Assembly: GCA_965237525.1 (NCBI GenBank)
Contig: CBDEFO010000008.1
Span: 320,001 to 384,000 of the forward strand
Source: Candidatus Latescibacterota bacterium
GTDB taxonomy: Bacteria > Latescibacterota > CBDEFO01
DNA: 64,000 nucleotides
Direction: 5' to 3'
A program made the translations under genes and the position numbers. Positions within the stretch are counted from its first letter, which is position 1. Each line of letters begins with the position of its first letter. This document shows, piece after piece, positions 50,963 to 61,660 of this stretch. The notes under the pieces were generated by a model. The model saw only the letters and a list, made by a program, of their open reading frames with translations. It made no database searches and was not told the origin of the DNA.

Positions 50963-52250
50963 TATCAAATGAAATCGGTGCACCTAATTTGATCTTTGTT
51001 TAGAGTATTAGTAGATTAAGTTGAGTTGATTGTCTTAACTTTAATCTACGGAGTCCTATGGACAAAGAGAGATTGGCCGTATTAAGACAAGAAGTCAACG
51101 AGATGTATTTTAAGAAAGAAATGTCAAAGCGAGAAGTTATCAAACAAGCGAGAGTTTCCAATGATTTCGTTACGGCTTGGACTAAATCTCCGGATCAGGA
51201 TTTTGCCATGGATAATCGGGGTTGGCCAAAAGGAAAAAGGCGAAAATTGGCTAAAGTTGACGAACAGAGAATCAAAGAGATTTACCATAGCTTAGAGGAC
51301 GATCCTTATCAGTTCTATTCAGGAGCCACTGTTATTGAACAAGAATGGAGGAATCGATATTCTAGCACCTCTCCTCCGTCGTTGCCGACTATCGGCAGAA
51401 TGCTTTCAGATTTAGGACTTTCCCAGAGAAGGAAGAAAGGTAAAAACAAGGGTGCATCTCGTTATCTTTGTTATCCAGAGTATACCATTTACTATCTTTC
51501 AGGAGGCAGAGTCCTAGAATCAGACTTTATTGGTAAAAAGTATCTTACCGGCAGAACTGAGCCGGTCAACTTCGTTGGATTTTCCTTTAAGAAAGAGCCT
51601 AAGTTAAGGTATTTTCGGCGGGTTGACGGTCAAACAGCAACTAACTTTATCGAGAAGTGTCAGTCTTTCTTTGACAGGTTTGAAAAACCAGATTTCGTTA
51701 AGGTGGACAATTGCTCGGCGACTATTGGCAGTGTTTCAGGTAAAAGGAATGTCAGCAAAGCAATGCAGTTTCTCTTGAAAAATCAAGTGATTCCGATATT
51801 TGCCGTTCCCAGAAGGCCCTTTTCTCAAGCATCTATAGAAGGCAACAATTCTGTATTTTCAAGGAAGTTCTGGAACAGAATTCAGTTCAAAAGCTTACAA
51901 GAAGTTGATCAGAAGTTAGAATGGTTTAATCTTTCATCACAGAGATACACCGGCTACCGTCCACCTAAGCAAGAGAAGTCAAACGAGAAAGATTTCATTC
52001 CCAAGACCTATTTTATCAGACAAGTCAAACAGGACACAGAACAGACAGATAAAGCCTTTATCGATGTCCTAAATGAGAAAGTATCTCTTCCCTCCTCTTA
52101 CACCAACTACTTTGTCCTGGCTGAATGGAACCTAAAAGAAGAACAATTATACATCCATTTTGAAAAAGAACAGAAACCAAAGATTGTCGAAAACCTATCA
52201 TTCAAGATCAATCAAAGATCGAAAGAGAAGTGCACCGATTTCATTTGATA
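50963..52250 (+). mobile_element. insertion sequence, IS481-like
   Basis: Perfect 21-bp TIR TATCAAATGAAATCGGTGCAC (50963-50983 / 52230-52250); AT-rich. Confidence 0.85.
51058..52248 (+). CDS. integrase-core (rve-like) DDE transposase
   Basis: HTH N-terminus; ESD...VDN...PFSQASIEGNN. Confidence 0.8.
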   Translation: MDKERLAVLRQEVNEMYFKKEMSKREVIKQARVSNDFVTAWTKSPDQDFAMDNRGWPKGKRRKLAKVDEQRIKEIYHSLEDDPYQFYSGATVIEQEWRNRYSSTSPPSLPTIGRMLSDLGLSQRRKKGKNKGASRYLCYPEYTIYYLSGGRVLESDFIGKKYLTGRTEPVNFVGFSFKKEPKLRYFRRVDGQTATNFIEKCQSFFDRFEKPDFVKVDNCSATIGSVSGKRNVSKAMQFLLKNQVIPIFAVPRRPFSQASIEGNNSVFSRKFWNRIQFKSLQEVDQKLEWFNLSSQRYTGYRPPKQEKSNEKDFIPKTYFIRQVKQDTEQTDKAFIDVLNEKVSLPSSYTNYFVLAEWNLKEEQLYIHFEKEQKPKIVENLSFKINQRSKEKCTDFI

Positions 52251-52396
52251 AATAACCAGTAGACAGTAGTCAGTAGACAGGTCCCCGATAGATTCAATCG
52301 GGGATTCCATCAGAGTGCCACGGGAACCGTGTCCCCCTGTCTGTCCACTTAAGGAAAGCTCTCAAGAGTGCGTTACCCAGGGGACCGAGGAGCAAA

Positions 52397-52822
52397 ATGG
52401 CCCTAAATGGCAATATGTCTGAGCCCATAAAGTCCTGGATCACACAGTTGTGGGTTAAAGACTTCTCTATCTGTCTGTTATTGATCCTCCTTTTGGTAGT
52501 CCTCCTTATACCAAAATTTACTCAGATTAGCCAGGAGGAGAGAAGGTTCGGCAGAGCAAAGACGGTCTTAGAGCAGATATACGGTCTTGAGCGTAAATTC
52601 TACAAAGATCATCATCACTATAAAGATAACCTCGATTCACTCAATTTCATTCATCCTGGTGATTCCTATATCTACAGTATAACGGTAGCAAGCGATACCT
52701 TCTTTATCGCTACCTCGTTTCCCAAAGAAGGGCATGAGGACAGTTGGGGGATATGGGCGGTGGATCAGACAGGGAAGGTGATACAGATCCTACATCCGCC
52801 TAAATTACCAAGAGGAAATTAA
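52397..52822 (+). CDS. type IV pilin-like membrane protein
   Basis: Hydrophobic helix + IPKF, AKTVLEQIY..E.KFY...Y pattern. Confidence 0.55.
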   Translation: MALNGNMSEPIKSWITQLWVKDFSICLLLILLLVVLLIPKFTQISQEERRFGRAKTVLEQIYGLERKFYKDHHHYKDNLDSLNFIHPGDSYIYSITVASDTFFIATSFPKEGHEDSWGIWAVDQTGKVIQILHPPKLPRGN

Positions 52823-52824
52823 CC

Positions 52825-54543
52825 TTGAACAACGTCGCTGATCAGCTCTACTCGATTCCAGAGATGCTCGAAAGGAGCGCAGAGACATTTTCTGAGAAAA
52901 TCGCTCTCCAGATAAAACGCGGCGACAGCTACGAACGCATTTCGTATCTTGAACTGAAGGAATACGTCCAGAAACTGTCGCAAAGCCTTGCAGAGTTGGG
53001 CTTAAGTCCTGGAGACAGGGCGGGAGTTATGGGAGAAAACAGGCCTGAATGGGCTATCTCCTATCTTGCGATCCTTGCGTGCAATGCGACGGTTGTCCCG
53101 TTAGACCCACTCCTGAAACCTGTGGAGATCACGCATATCATGCGTGACTCGGAGGTCAAGATAGCGATAGTTTCAGGTAAGTTTTTGGAGACTCTACACG
53201 AGATTAAACCGTCCCTGTCTCATGTGGAGGAAATTATCTCTATGGATTCGCACAAGGAGGGCCTGGAGCTCTGGAAGTCGATAGCTCAGGCCGGTTCAAA
53301 GGAGAAAAAGACCCAAGGTCCATCTTTGGAAGACCTTGCGGCGCTCATATACACGTCCGGGACGACAGGTCAGCCCAAGGGCGTGATGCTGACGCATAAG
53401 AACATAATGTCCAATGTGGTCGGGGCTTCCATGGCTATTGACGTAAACCAGGACGACAACTTCCTTTCTGTCCTTCCGATCCATCATACGTTCGAGTGCA
53501 CCTGCGGATTTTTGGTACCTCTTTGCGTCGGAGCGACGATAACTTACGCCAGGAGCCTTAAGTCAAAGGATATTATAGAGGGTATGAAGGATACGCAGGT
53601 ATCTGTGATGATGGGTGTGCCTCTTCTATACGACAAGATGTTTTTGGGAATTGTGCGAGCTATTAAGAAAAAGCCCGCGATCACAAGGGCGATGTTTAAG
53701 GTGAGTATGGGTGCGGTAAAGTCCGCTAAGAACCTTTTGAGGGTGAACATTGGAGATGCGGTGTTCAAGGGCTTGAGGAAGAAGGCGGGGATAGATTCCC
53801 TCAGATTCTTAATGTCTGGCGGAGCTGCGCTGCCTCCCTACATAGCTTATGGGTTTGAAAATCTGGGCGTCAATCTGGTTCAGGGATACGGCTTGACGGA
53901 GACTTCTCCTGTGCTTTGTGTGAATCCCATTCTAAATCCCAGACACGAATCTGTGGGACCGCCGATACCGGGTGTGGAGATCAAGATCCTGGATCCCGAG
54001 TCAGATGGCGTGGGCGAAATAGCAGCACGGGGCGAGTCTGTGATGGCGGGCTACTACCAAAATCCAGAGGCGACCGAGGAGGTAATGGAAGGTGAATGGC
54101 TCAGGACTGGGGACTCCGGATGGATTGACAAGGACGGGTTTTTGCACATTTCAGGCAGATTGAAGAATCTCATAGTGACAGGCGCAGGAAAGAACGTCTA
54201 TCCCGAGGAGGTGGAGAACGTTCTCAACGAGAGTCCCTATATTTTGGAAACGATGGTCTACGGAGAACCTTCAGAAGACGGATTGAGAGAGGAGATAAAG
54301 GCTATAGTCGTGCCCGATTATGAGTATATAGAACAAAGCGGTGCAACCGCCGGTGCGATGAGCGATCAGGAGACAGAGGCGATCATAAAGGAAGAGGTGT
54401 CGAAGATGTACAGCCAGTTCGCCGATTACAAGCGTGTGAAGGAGAAGGATGTCTCCATTCGCAGGGAGGAATTTCCAAAAACTTCAACAAGAAAGATACA
54501 AAGGTTCCTGGTGCTTCAGGAGATGGAACAGACAGCTAAATGA
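52825..54543 (+). CDS. long-chain fatty acid-CoA ligase
   Basis: YTSGTTGQPKG, GYGLTE, TGD, GKNVYPEE. Confidence 0.93.
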   Translation: MNNVADQLYSIPEMLERSAETFSEKIALQIKRGDSYERISYLELKEYVQKLSQSLAELGLSPGDRAGVMGENRPEWAISYLAILACNATVVPLDPLLKPVEITHIMRDSEVKIAIVSGKFLETLHEIKPSLSHVEEIISMDSHKEGLELWKSIAQAGSKEKKTQGPSLEDLAALIYTSGTTGQPKGVMLTHKNIMSNVVGASMAIDVNQDDNFLSVLPIHHTFECTCGFLVPLCVGATITYARSLKSKDIIEGMKDTQVSVMMGVPLLYDKMFLGIVRAIKKKPAITRAMFKVSMGAVKSAKNLLRVNIGDAVFKGLRKKAGIDSLRFLMSGGAALPPYIAYGFENLGVNLVQGYGLTETSPVLCVNPILNPRHESVGPPIPGVEIKILDPESDGVGEIAARGESVMAGYYQNPEATEEVMEGEWLRTGDSGWIDKDGFLHISGRLKNLIVTGAGKNVYPEEVENVLNESPYILETMVYGEPSEDGLREEIKAIVVPDYEYIEQSGATAGAMSDQETEAIIKEEVSKMYSQFADYKRVKEKDVSIRREEFPKTSTRKIQRFLVLQEMEQTAK

Positions 54544-54703
54544 GTAGACAGCAGGCAGGGATACCTCCTCTCCTCTCCTATTGGGTGTCTGGTATCTATT
54601 GTCTACTCTGCCCGCGACGGGTTGGGTAGGGCTGCCCTGTCTACCCCCGATTGAATCTATCGGGGGCTACTTTGTGCTGTCTCCTTGTTCAGGGAGAGAT
54701 TAC

Positions 54704-56182
54704 ATGGCTCAACAAAGAGAACTTTGGAACAACCGCTCGGGGTTCATTCTGGCGGCCATAGGTTCTGCTGTAGGTCTGGGCAATATCTGGAGGTTCCCTT
54801 ACGTCTGCTACCAGAACGGAGGAGGGGCATTCCTGATCCCCTACTTTGTGGCGCTGATCACCGCGGGCATTCCCTTGATAATTTTAGAGATGGGGATCGG
54901 CCACATGATGAGACGGGGAGCCCCCTTATCGTTCTCCAAGGTGGACAGAAAGTGGGAGTGGGTCGGCTGGGGAGCACTGCTGATGGGGTTTATTGTGGTC
55001 GTCTATTACGCTGTGGTGATGGCATGGTGCTTTAGCTATCTGAAGTACTCTTTTACCCTGGCCTGGGGGGAGGATACCGCTGGTTTCTTTGTAAATCAGT
55101 TTCTGGGGAAGACCTCAGACCCTGCTGACCTGGGCGGCGTACGATGGCCTATTTTGGCAGGTCTGGTCGCTACGTGGGTCTGCATCTATTTCATTATCTT
55201 CAGGGGCCTCCGGACTGTGAGCAAGGTGGTCTTGGCCACAGTTCCCCTCCCACTTCTCATAATCGTCATCTTCGTGATCAGGGGCGTTACACTCCCCGGG
55301 GCTATGGACGGGCTGAACTTCTATTTGACCCCTGACTTTTCCAGGCTACTGGATCCGAAGGTGTGGCTTGCTGCCTACGGACAGGTATTCTTCAGCCTCA
55401 GCCTGGCGTTCGGCATAATGATCGCCTACGCCAGCTACGTGCCGTCCAGATCGGATATAACCAACAGCGCCCTGATCATCAGTCTCAGCAACTGTGGAAC
55501 AAGCTTCCTCGCAGGGTTTGCAGTCTTCAGCGCCTTAGGATACCTTGCCCATATCCAGGGTACGGACATCCAGAACGTGGTGTCAAGCGGCCCTGGACTG
55601 GCATTTGTCACCTATACCCTGGTGATTAATAAACTTCCCTTTTGGTCCCAACTCTTTGGTGTCCTTTTCTTCGTGATGCTTTTGACACTCGGCATAGACT
55701 CCGCCTTCTCACTGGTGGAGGCAGTGGTGGCGGGTTTCATGGATAAGTGGGGCGGCTACAGCAGGAAAAAAGTTGTCGGATACACGTGTTTTGTGGCTCT
55801 TATATTGGGTCTAATATTCACCACGGGCTCCGGAGTAGCCTGGCTGGACATTGTGGATCATTTCGTCAACAACTTCGGTCTGACCTTCATCGGATTCTTG
55901 GAGTGTCTGGTGATCGGATACATTTTAGGGAGCGGCAAACTCAGAAAGCACCTAAACTCTGTGTCCGAAGTGAAGGTCGGCCTCTGGTGGGAACTCTTTA
56001 TCAAGGTGATTACTCCCCTTATCCTGGTTGTCTCTTTTGGGCTTTCCCTCTGGGAGCGGATAAAGGCCCCGTATGAGAACTATCCTGAATGGGCTCTCCT
56101 TTTAGGAGGATGGCTGCTCCTGGCTGTGGCTCTTGTGATAGCCTTCCTCTTCGGAAAGATCAGATCAGCGGAGGAGCTTTAG
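54704..56182 (+). CDS. NSS (SNF) family sodium-dependent transporter
   Basis: GSAVGLGNIWRFPY, GGGAFLIPY, QVFFSLS. Confidence 0.95.
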   Translation: MAQQRELWNNRSGFILAAIGSAVGLGNIWRFPYVCYQNGGGAFLIPYFVALITAGIPLIILEMGIGHMMRRGAPLSFSKVDRKWEWVGWGALLMGFIVVVYYAVVMAWCFSYLKYSFTLAWGEDTAGFFVNQFLGKTSDPADLGGVRWPILAGLVATWVCIYFIIFRGLRTVSKVVLATVPLPLLIIVIFVIRGVTLPGAMDGLNFYLTPDFSRLLDPKVWLAAYGQVFFSLSLAFGIMIAYASYVPSRSDITNSALIISLSNCGTSFLAGFAVFSALGYLAHIQGTDIQNVVSSGPGLAFVTYTLVINKLPFWSQLFGVLFFVMLLTLGIDSAFSLVEAVVAGFMDKWGGYSRKKVVGYTCFVALILGLIFTTGSGVAWLDIVDHFVNNFGLTFIGFLECLVIGYILGSGKLRKHLNSVSEVKVGLWWELFIKVITPLILVVSFGLSLWERIKAPYENYPEWALLLGGWLLLAVALVIAFLFGKIRSAEEL

Positions 56183-56184
56183 CG

Positions 56185-56310
56185 ATGTCTGGATCGGCAA
56201 TTGCGATGCTCGTTTTTGGGAGTGTCCTCCTCTACGTCCCCCTCGCCTACTGTCTCTACAGGGCCATCAGGAGCAAAGAGAGGGTAGAGGAGGACGAAGA
56301 GTCCCGCTGA
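56185..56310 (+). CDS. MetS-like NSS transporter small subunit
   Basis: MSGSAIAMLVFGSVLLY single-TM peptide directly after the NSS gene. Confidence 0.75.
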   Translation: MSGSAIAMLVFGSVLLYVPLAYCLYRAIRSKERVEEDEESR

Positions 56311-56432
56311 GGTTGAAAATAGAGGGGCGTCTGCTGCGTTCCCGGCTGACCACTAACTGCTTCTTCTTTGATGTGGGTGTAGAGGGTGTAGACCTTTTGT
56401 ATATCGCTGTCCGTAAAAAATTTTCTGTTCTG

Positions 56433-56543
56433 TATAGGAGCACTAAACTCTGTATAGAAGTACTAAACTCTGCTATAGAAGTACTAAACTCTGTTATAGA
56501 AGTACTAAACTCTGTTATAGAAGTACTAAATAGAAGTACTAAA
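56433..56543. repeat. 20-21-bp tandem repeat (TATAGAAGTACTAAACTCTGy) about 5 copies
   Basis: Directly visible; no spacers. Confidence 0.9.
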
Positions 56544-56948
56544 AATGGTATACACCATATACACGGTATACACCTCGTACCTTAAACCGATTCCCAGTTG
56601 GCAAAAATATCCCTCTTTCTTCGATGAAGAGCCTTCCGTGCGTGTCCCAACCTGGAAAAGTCTATGTAGGGAAAAAGCGAAAGCCTGCGTCAAAGGCGGA
56701 TATTTTAGCCTTGACAAAGAGATAGGTATCGAGTACCTTGCCTTTGTACCCAGTGTCTGGTCAAGATACTCTGGAGTTGAAGACTGTGGAGACCTGCCTA
56801 TCTATGGGCCGTTCGGCGATCCGGCCAAGGAACTTAGTGACCTGTTGCCGATAGGGGCTCAGTCGCTGCACCTAATAAGGATCCAGGGCGTCATCTATCG
56901 CAGTCAACAGATGGGGCAGAAGCAAAAGTGGAAACCTAAGATAAGGAG

Positions 56949-58508
56949 ATGAGAATGCCTAGACCCCCCGACTACGGAATCATATACAACTGGGACGGCG
57001 CCCCGCACGGCTGCTCTGAGGTGCCGCAGTCGATGGAAGCGTTCCTGGAGAAGGTATACGCCCCACTGGAGGACACTCAGGTGGGCGCCCACTTCTGGTG
57101 CATCGGAGAGCATGCCGCCCGATGGAAGAGTGATGTGCTCGAACTCCTCGGCGACTTCCATGATCGGCGCTACGAGAACGCCCAAACCTACACGTTCACG
57201 GAGAACGTCCGCCAGATGTTAGAGCGGGGTGAAGATCCGCAAGAGGCGCTGATCGAGCGGGGTCATCAACTCGGCCTGGAGGTCTATGCGTCGGTTCGCA
57301 TGAACGACAATCACTTCGACGGGGCTCAGGTGGAGGAGCTTGGGAAGCTGCACCACACCGAACTGACGCGCATGCGGATCGAACATCCGGAGTGGCTCCT
57401 GGGTAACCAGACCACAGAGTGGTACGCCCTCTCGTGGAACTTCGCGGTGCCCGAAGTGCGGGAGCACCGCTTTGCTCATATCAAAGAGATATGTCAACTT
57501 TATGACTGGGACGGCGTCGAGTTAGACTGGCAGCGGCACGCCTTCCATTTCCCAGAGGACGATGCCTACAGACTCCGCTACCTCCTGACTGACCTCCAGC
57601 GGACTGTGCGCCGCATGACAGATGATCTGGCAAAAGAGCGCGGGAGGCCGTTCTACTTAGCCGCTCGTGTGGCTGGGAATCTTGAGATGTGTCGTAAGAT
57701 CGGCTACGATATTCCCACCTGGATCGAGGAAGGTCTTCTGGACATCATAATTCCCGCAGGCAATGCGGTGACCGACCCCTCGATCGATGTGGCAGCGTTT
57801 GTCCAGATATGCAGGGGCACGAATATCGCTGTCTACCCCGGATTCGACAGTGCGCTGCCCGATCCCTTTGTTGGCCCTGAAGATGCAGGGACCAAAGATA
57901 GGATGCGGACACGCGCCATCGCAAGCCGCTACCACAGGGCGGAGGCGGACGGCATCTACGTGTTCAACTGGTACGCAGACCGGGATTCGAGACGCGAACT
58001 CTTATGTCAGGTAGGCTCTCCCGACACTCTGCGGCGTAAGGACAAGATCTATGCGGCTACAAACCGCTTCATCCAGAAGGAGGGCCAGTGGCGCGGCGCC
58101 TACCGCCGAGATCGGATCTGGGGCGAAGTGCCGGTGGCTCTGAAGCGGACACTTACCGGCGAAGGACCAGAGATCTCACTGAACGTGGCGGATGACCTAT
58201 CGGTGGACATCCCCGATAGCGTTGAGCTCAGGGTCCGTCTCGACCAGTGGGTGAAAGGCGATGTGGTGCACATCTTCTGGGATGGATCAAAGTTAGATGA
58301 TCTCGAAGTTAAATACTGCAAGCTCGGCGATCCGCACAGGATCTTAGATGTGGGCTGGGCGGCATGGCTCTGCTGCCAGATGGATCGTTCGAAAGTCGGG
58401 GTAGGTCCTCATACGGTGAAAGTTGCACTTTCAGAGCGCAACCCGAAAGTGGCCTGCGATATCGTGCTAACAGATGTGGAATTAGTTATACGATATCCTG
58501 GGAATTGA
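56949..58508 (+). CDS. glycoside-hydrolase-like TIM-barrel protein (GHL10/DUF187-like), copy 1
   Basis: SVRMND, WNFAVPEVR, YDWDGVELDW, DGIYVFN. Confidence 0.75.
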   Translation: MRMPRPPDYGIIYNWDGAPHGCSEVPQSMEAFLEKVYAPLEDTQVGAHFWCIGEHAARWKSDVLELLGDFHDRRYENAQTYTFTENVRQMLERGEDPQEALIERGHQLGLEVYASVRMNDNHFDGAQVEELGKLHHTELTRMRIEHPEWLLGNQTTEWYALSWNFAVPEVREHRFAHIKEICQLYDWDGVELDWQRHAFHFPEDDAYRLRYLLTDLQRTVRRMTDDLAKERGRPFYLAARVAGNLEMCRKIGYDIPTWIEEGLLDIIIPAGNAVTDPSIDVAAFVQICRGTNIAVYPGFDSALPDPFVGPEDAGTKDRMRTRAIASRYHRAEADGIYVFNWYADRDSRRELLCQVGSPDTLRRKDKIYAATNRFIQKEGQWRGAYRRDRIWGEVPVALKRTLTGEGPEISLNVADDLSVDIPDSVELRVRLDQWVKGDVVHIFWDGSKLDDLEVKYCKLGDPHRILDVGWAAWLCCQMDRSKVGVGPHTVKVALSERNPKVACDIVLTDVELVIRYPGN

Positions 58509-58535
58509 CGATATAGGACGTAAGCGAAGGTGACC

Positions 58536-60137
58536 ATGACTAAACACGCTAAATATACTGAGTACGGAATTATCTACAACTGGGACGGCGCCCCGCACGG
58601 CTGCTCTGAGGTGCCGCAGTCGATGGAAGCGTTCCTGGAGAAGGTATACGCCCCACTACTGGAGGACACTCAGGTGGGCGCCCACTTCTGGTGCATCGAG
58701 GAGCATGCCTCCCGCTGGAAAAGCGATGTGCTCGAACTGTTAGACGACTTCCACGATCGGCGCTACGAGAACACTTACACCTACACGTTCACGGAGAACG
58801 TCCGCCAGATGTTAGAGCGGGGTGAAGATGCACAAGAGGCACTGATCGAGCGGGGTCATCAACTGGGCCTGGATGTCTATGCGTCGGTTCGCATGAACGA
58901 CAACCACTTCGGCGGTGCCCAGGTGGAGGAGCTTGGAAAGCTTCACGACACCGAACTGACGCGCATGCGGATCGAACATCCACAGTGGCTCTTAGGCGAC
59001 CAGACCTCAGAATGGTTTGCCCTCTCGTGGAACTTCGCGGTGCCCGAAGTGCGGGAGCACCGCTTCCTGCATATCAAAGAGATATGCCAGCTATATGACT
59101 GGGACGGCGTCGAGCTGGACTGGCAGCGGCACGCCTTCCATTTCCCAGAGGACGATGCCTACAGACTCCGCTACCTCTTGACTGACCTCCAGAGGGCTGT
59201 GCGGCGCATGACAGATGATCTGGCAAAAGAGCGCGGGAGGCCGTTCTACTTAGCCGCTCGTGTGGCTGGGAATCTTGAGATGTGTCGTAAGATCGGCTAC
59301 GATATTCCCACCTGGATCGAGGAAGGTCTTCTGGACATCATAATTCCCGCAGGCAATGCGGCGACCGACCCCTCGATCGATGTGGCAGCGTTTGTCCAGA
59401 TGTGCAGGGGCACGAATATCGCCGTCTATCCCGGATTCGACAGTGCGCTGCCCGACCCCTTTGTTGGCCCCGAAGACGCAGGGACCAAAAATAGGATGCG
59501 GACACGCGCCATCGCAAGCCGCTACCACAGGGCGGAGGCGGACGGCATCTACGTGTTCAACTGGCACGCCAACCGCGATTCGAGACGCGAACTCTTATGT
59601 CAGGTAGGCTCTCCCGACACTCTGCGGCGTAAGGACAAGATCTATGCGGCTACAAACCGCTTCATCCAGAAGGAGGGCCAGTGGCGCGGCGCCTTCCGCA
59701 GAGACCGGATCTGGGGCGAAGTGCCGGTGGCTCTGAAGCGGACACTTACCGGCGAAGGACCAGAGATCTCACTGAACGTGGCGGATGACCTATCGGTGGA
59801 CATCCCCGATAGCGTCGAGCTTAGAGTTCGGCTCGACCAGTGGGTCAAAGGCGATGTGGTGCACGTCTATTGGGATGGATCAAAGTTAGATGATCTCGAA
59901 GTTAAATACTGCAAGCTCGGCGATCCGCACAGGATCTTAGATGTGGGCTGGGCGGCATGGCTCTGCTGCCAGATGGATCGTTCGAAAGTCGGGGCAGGTT
60001 CCCATACGGTGAAAGTTGCACTTTCAGAGCGCAACCCGAAAGTGGCCTGTGATATCGTGCTGACAGATGTGGAATTGGTTATACGATATCCCGGGAATTC
60101 AGAACAAAGAACGGCAAGTGGAGGTGAGAATGCCTAA
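58536..60137 (+). CDS. glycoside-hydrolase-like protein, copy 2
   Basis: Near-identical paralog of copy 1. Confidence 0.75.
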   Translation: MTKHAKYTEYGIIYNWDGAPHGCSEVPQSMEAFLEKVYAPLLEDTQVGAHFWCIEEHASRWKSDVLELLDDFHDRRYENTYTYTFTENVRQMLERGEDAQEALIERGHQLGLDVYASVRMNDNHFGGAQVEELGKLHDTELTRMRIEHPQWLLGDQTSEWFALSWNFAVPEVREHRFLHIKEICQLYDWDGVELDWQRHAFHFPEDDAYRLRYLLTDLQRAVRRMTDDLAKERGRPFYLAARVAGNLEMCRKIGYDIPTWIEEGLLDIIIPAGNAATDPSIDVAAFVQMCRGTNIAVYPGFDSALPDPFVGPEDAGTKNRMRTRAIASRYHRAEADGIYVFNWHANRDSRRELLCQVGSPDTLRRKDKIYAATNRFIQKEGQWRGAFRRDRIWGEVPVALKRTLTGEGPEISLNVADDLSVDIPDSVELRVRLDQWVKGDVVHVYWDGSKLDDLEVKYCKLGDPHRILDVGWAAWLCCQMDRSKVGAGSHTVKVALSERNPKVACDIVLTDVELVIRYPGNSEQRTASGGENA

Positions 60138-61641
60138 ACATACTGACTACGGAATTATCTACAACTGGGACGGCGCCCCGCACGGCTGCTCTGAGGTGCC
60201 GCAGTCGATGGAAGCCTTCCTGGAGAAGGTATACGCCCCCCTGGAGGACACTCAGGTGGGCGCCCACTTCTGGTGCATCGGAGAGCATGCCGCCAGATGG
60301 AATAGCGATGTTCTCGAACTGTTAGGTGACTTCCACGATCGGCGCTATGAGAACGCCAACAACTACACCTTAACGGAGAACGTCCGTCAGATGTTGGAGC
60401 GGGGCGAAGATCCGCAAGAGGCGCTGATCGAGCGGGGTCATCAACTGGGCCTGGATGTCTATGCATCGGTTCGCATGAACGACAACCACTTCGGCGGCGC
60501 CCAGGTGGAGGACCTTGGGAAGCTTCACCACACCGAACTGACGCGCATGCGGATCGAACATCCGGAGTGGCTCTTAGGCGACCAGACATCGGACTGGTTT
60601 GCGATTTCGTGGAACTTCGCGGTGCCCGAAGTGCGGGAGCACCGCTTCCTGCATATTAAAGAGATATGCGAACTGTATGACTGGGACGGCGTCGAGCTGG
60701 ACTGGCAGCGCCACGCCTTCCATTTCCCAGAGGACGATGCCTACAGACTCCGCTACCTCCTGACTGACCTCCAGAGGGCTGTGCGCAGGATGACAGATGA
60801 CATAGCAAAAGAGCGCGGCAGACCCTTCTACGTAGCCGCTCGCGTGGCTGGGAATCTTGAGATGTGCCGCAACATCGGCTACGATGTTCCCGCCTGGATC
60901 GACGAAGGTCTGATGGACATCATAATACCCGCCGGACATGCGTCGACCGATCCCTCGATCGATGTGGACACGTTCGTGCAGTTGTGTCGGGGTACGGATA
61001 TCGCTGTCTATCCGGGACTGGACAGCGGATTGCCGCCTTCCTATCTGGCTATAGCAAGCCGCTACCACAGAGCGGGGTCGGACGGTATCTACGTCTTCAA
61101 CTGGCACGCGAACCGCGATTCGAGGCGCGAACTCTTATGTCAGATAGGATCCCCCGACACTCTGCGGCGTAAGGACAAGGTCTACGCTGCCACACACCGC
61201 TTCATCCAGAAGGAGGGTCAGTGGCGCGGCGCCTACCGCCTTGACCAGATCTGGGGCGAAGTTCCGGTTGCCCTGAAACGTACGCTTACGGATGAGGGAC
61301 CGACAATCACACTGAACGTGGCGGATGACCTATCGGCGGACATCCCCGAAAGCGTTGAGCTTAGAGTTCAGCTCGCGCAGTGGGTGAAAGGCGATCTAGT
61401 GCACGTCTATTGGGATGGATCAAAGTTAGAGGATCTCGACGCGAGCTACGGCTCCCCCGGCCATATCTCAGATGTGAGCGGGGCGGTATGGCTGTGCTGC
61501 CAGATGGATCGTTCGAAAGTCGCGGTAGGTCCCCATAAGGTGAAAGTTACACTTTCAGAGCGCAATCCGAAAGTGGTCTGCGATATAGTGCTGACGGATG
61601 TGGAGTTGGTTATACGATATCCTGAGGAATTGACGATATAG
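60130..61641 (+). CDS. glycoside-hydrolase-like protein, copy 3
   Basis: Paralog lacking the DPFVGPEDAGTK..R loop. Confidence 0.75.
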   Translation: MPKHTDYGIIYNWDGAPHGCSEVPQSMEAFLEKVYAPLEDTQVGAHFWCIGEHAARWNSDVLELLGDFHDRRYENANNYTLTENVRQMLERGEDPQEALIERGHQLGLDVYASVRMNDNHFGGAQVEDLGKLHHTELTRMRIEHPEWLLGDQTSDWFAISWNFAVPEVREHRFLHIKEICELYDWDGVELDWQRHAFHFPEDDAYRLRYLLTDLQRAVRRMTDDIAKERGRPFYVAARVAGNLEMCRNIGYDVPAWIDEGLMDIIIPAGHASTDPSIDVDTFVQLCRGTDIAVYPGLDSGLPPSYLAIASRYHRAGSDGIYVFNWHANRDSRRELLCQIGSPDTLRRKDKVYAATHRFIQKEGQWRGAYRLDQIWGEVPVALKRTLTDEGPTITLNVADDLSADIPESVELRVQLAQWVKGDLVHVYWDGSKLEDLDASYGSPGHISDVSGAVWLCCQMDRSKVAVGPHKVKVTLSERNPKVVCDIVLTDVELVIRYPEELTI

Positions 61642-61660
61642 CACGTAAGTGAAGGTGACC

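Noticed and set aside
56433..56543. Possible CRISPR array
   Set aside because: Repeats are contiguous with no unique spacers, and no cas genes are present
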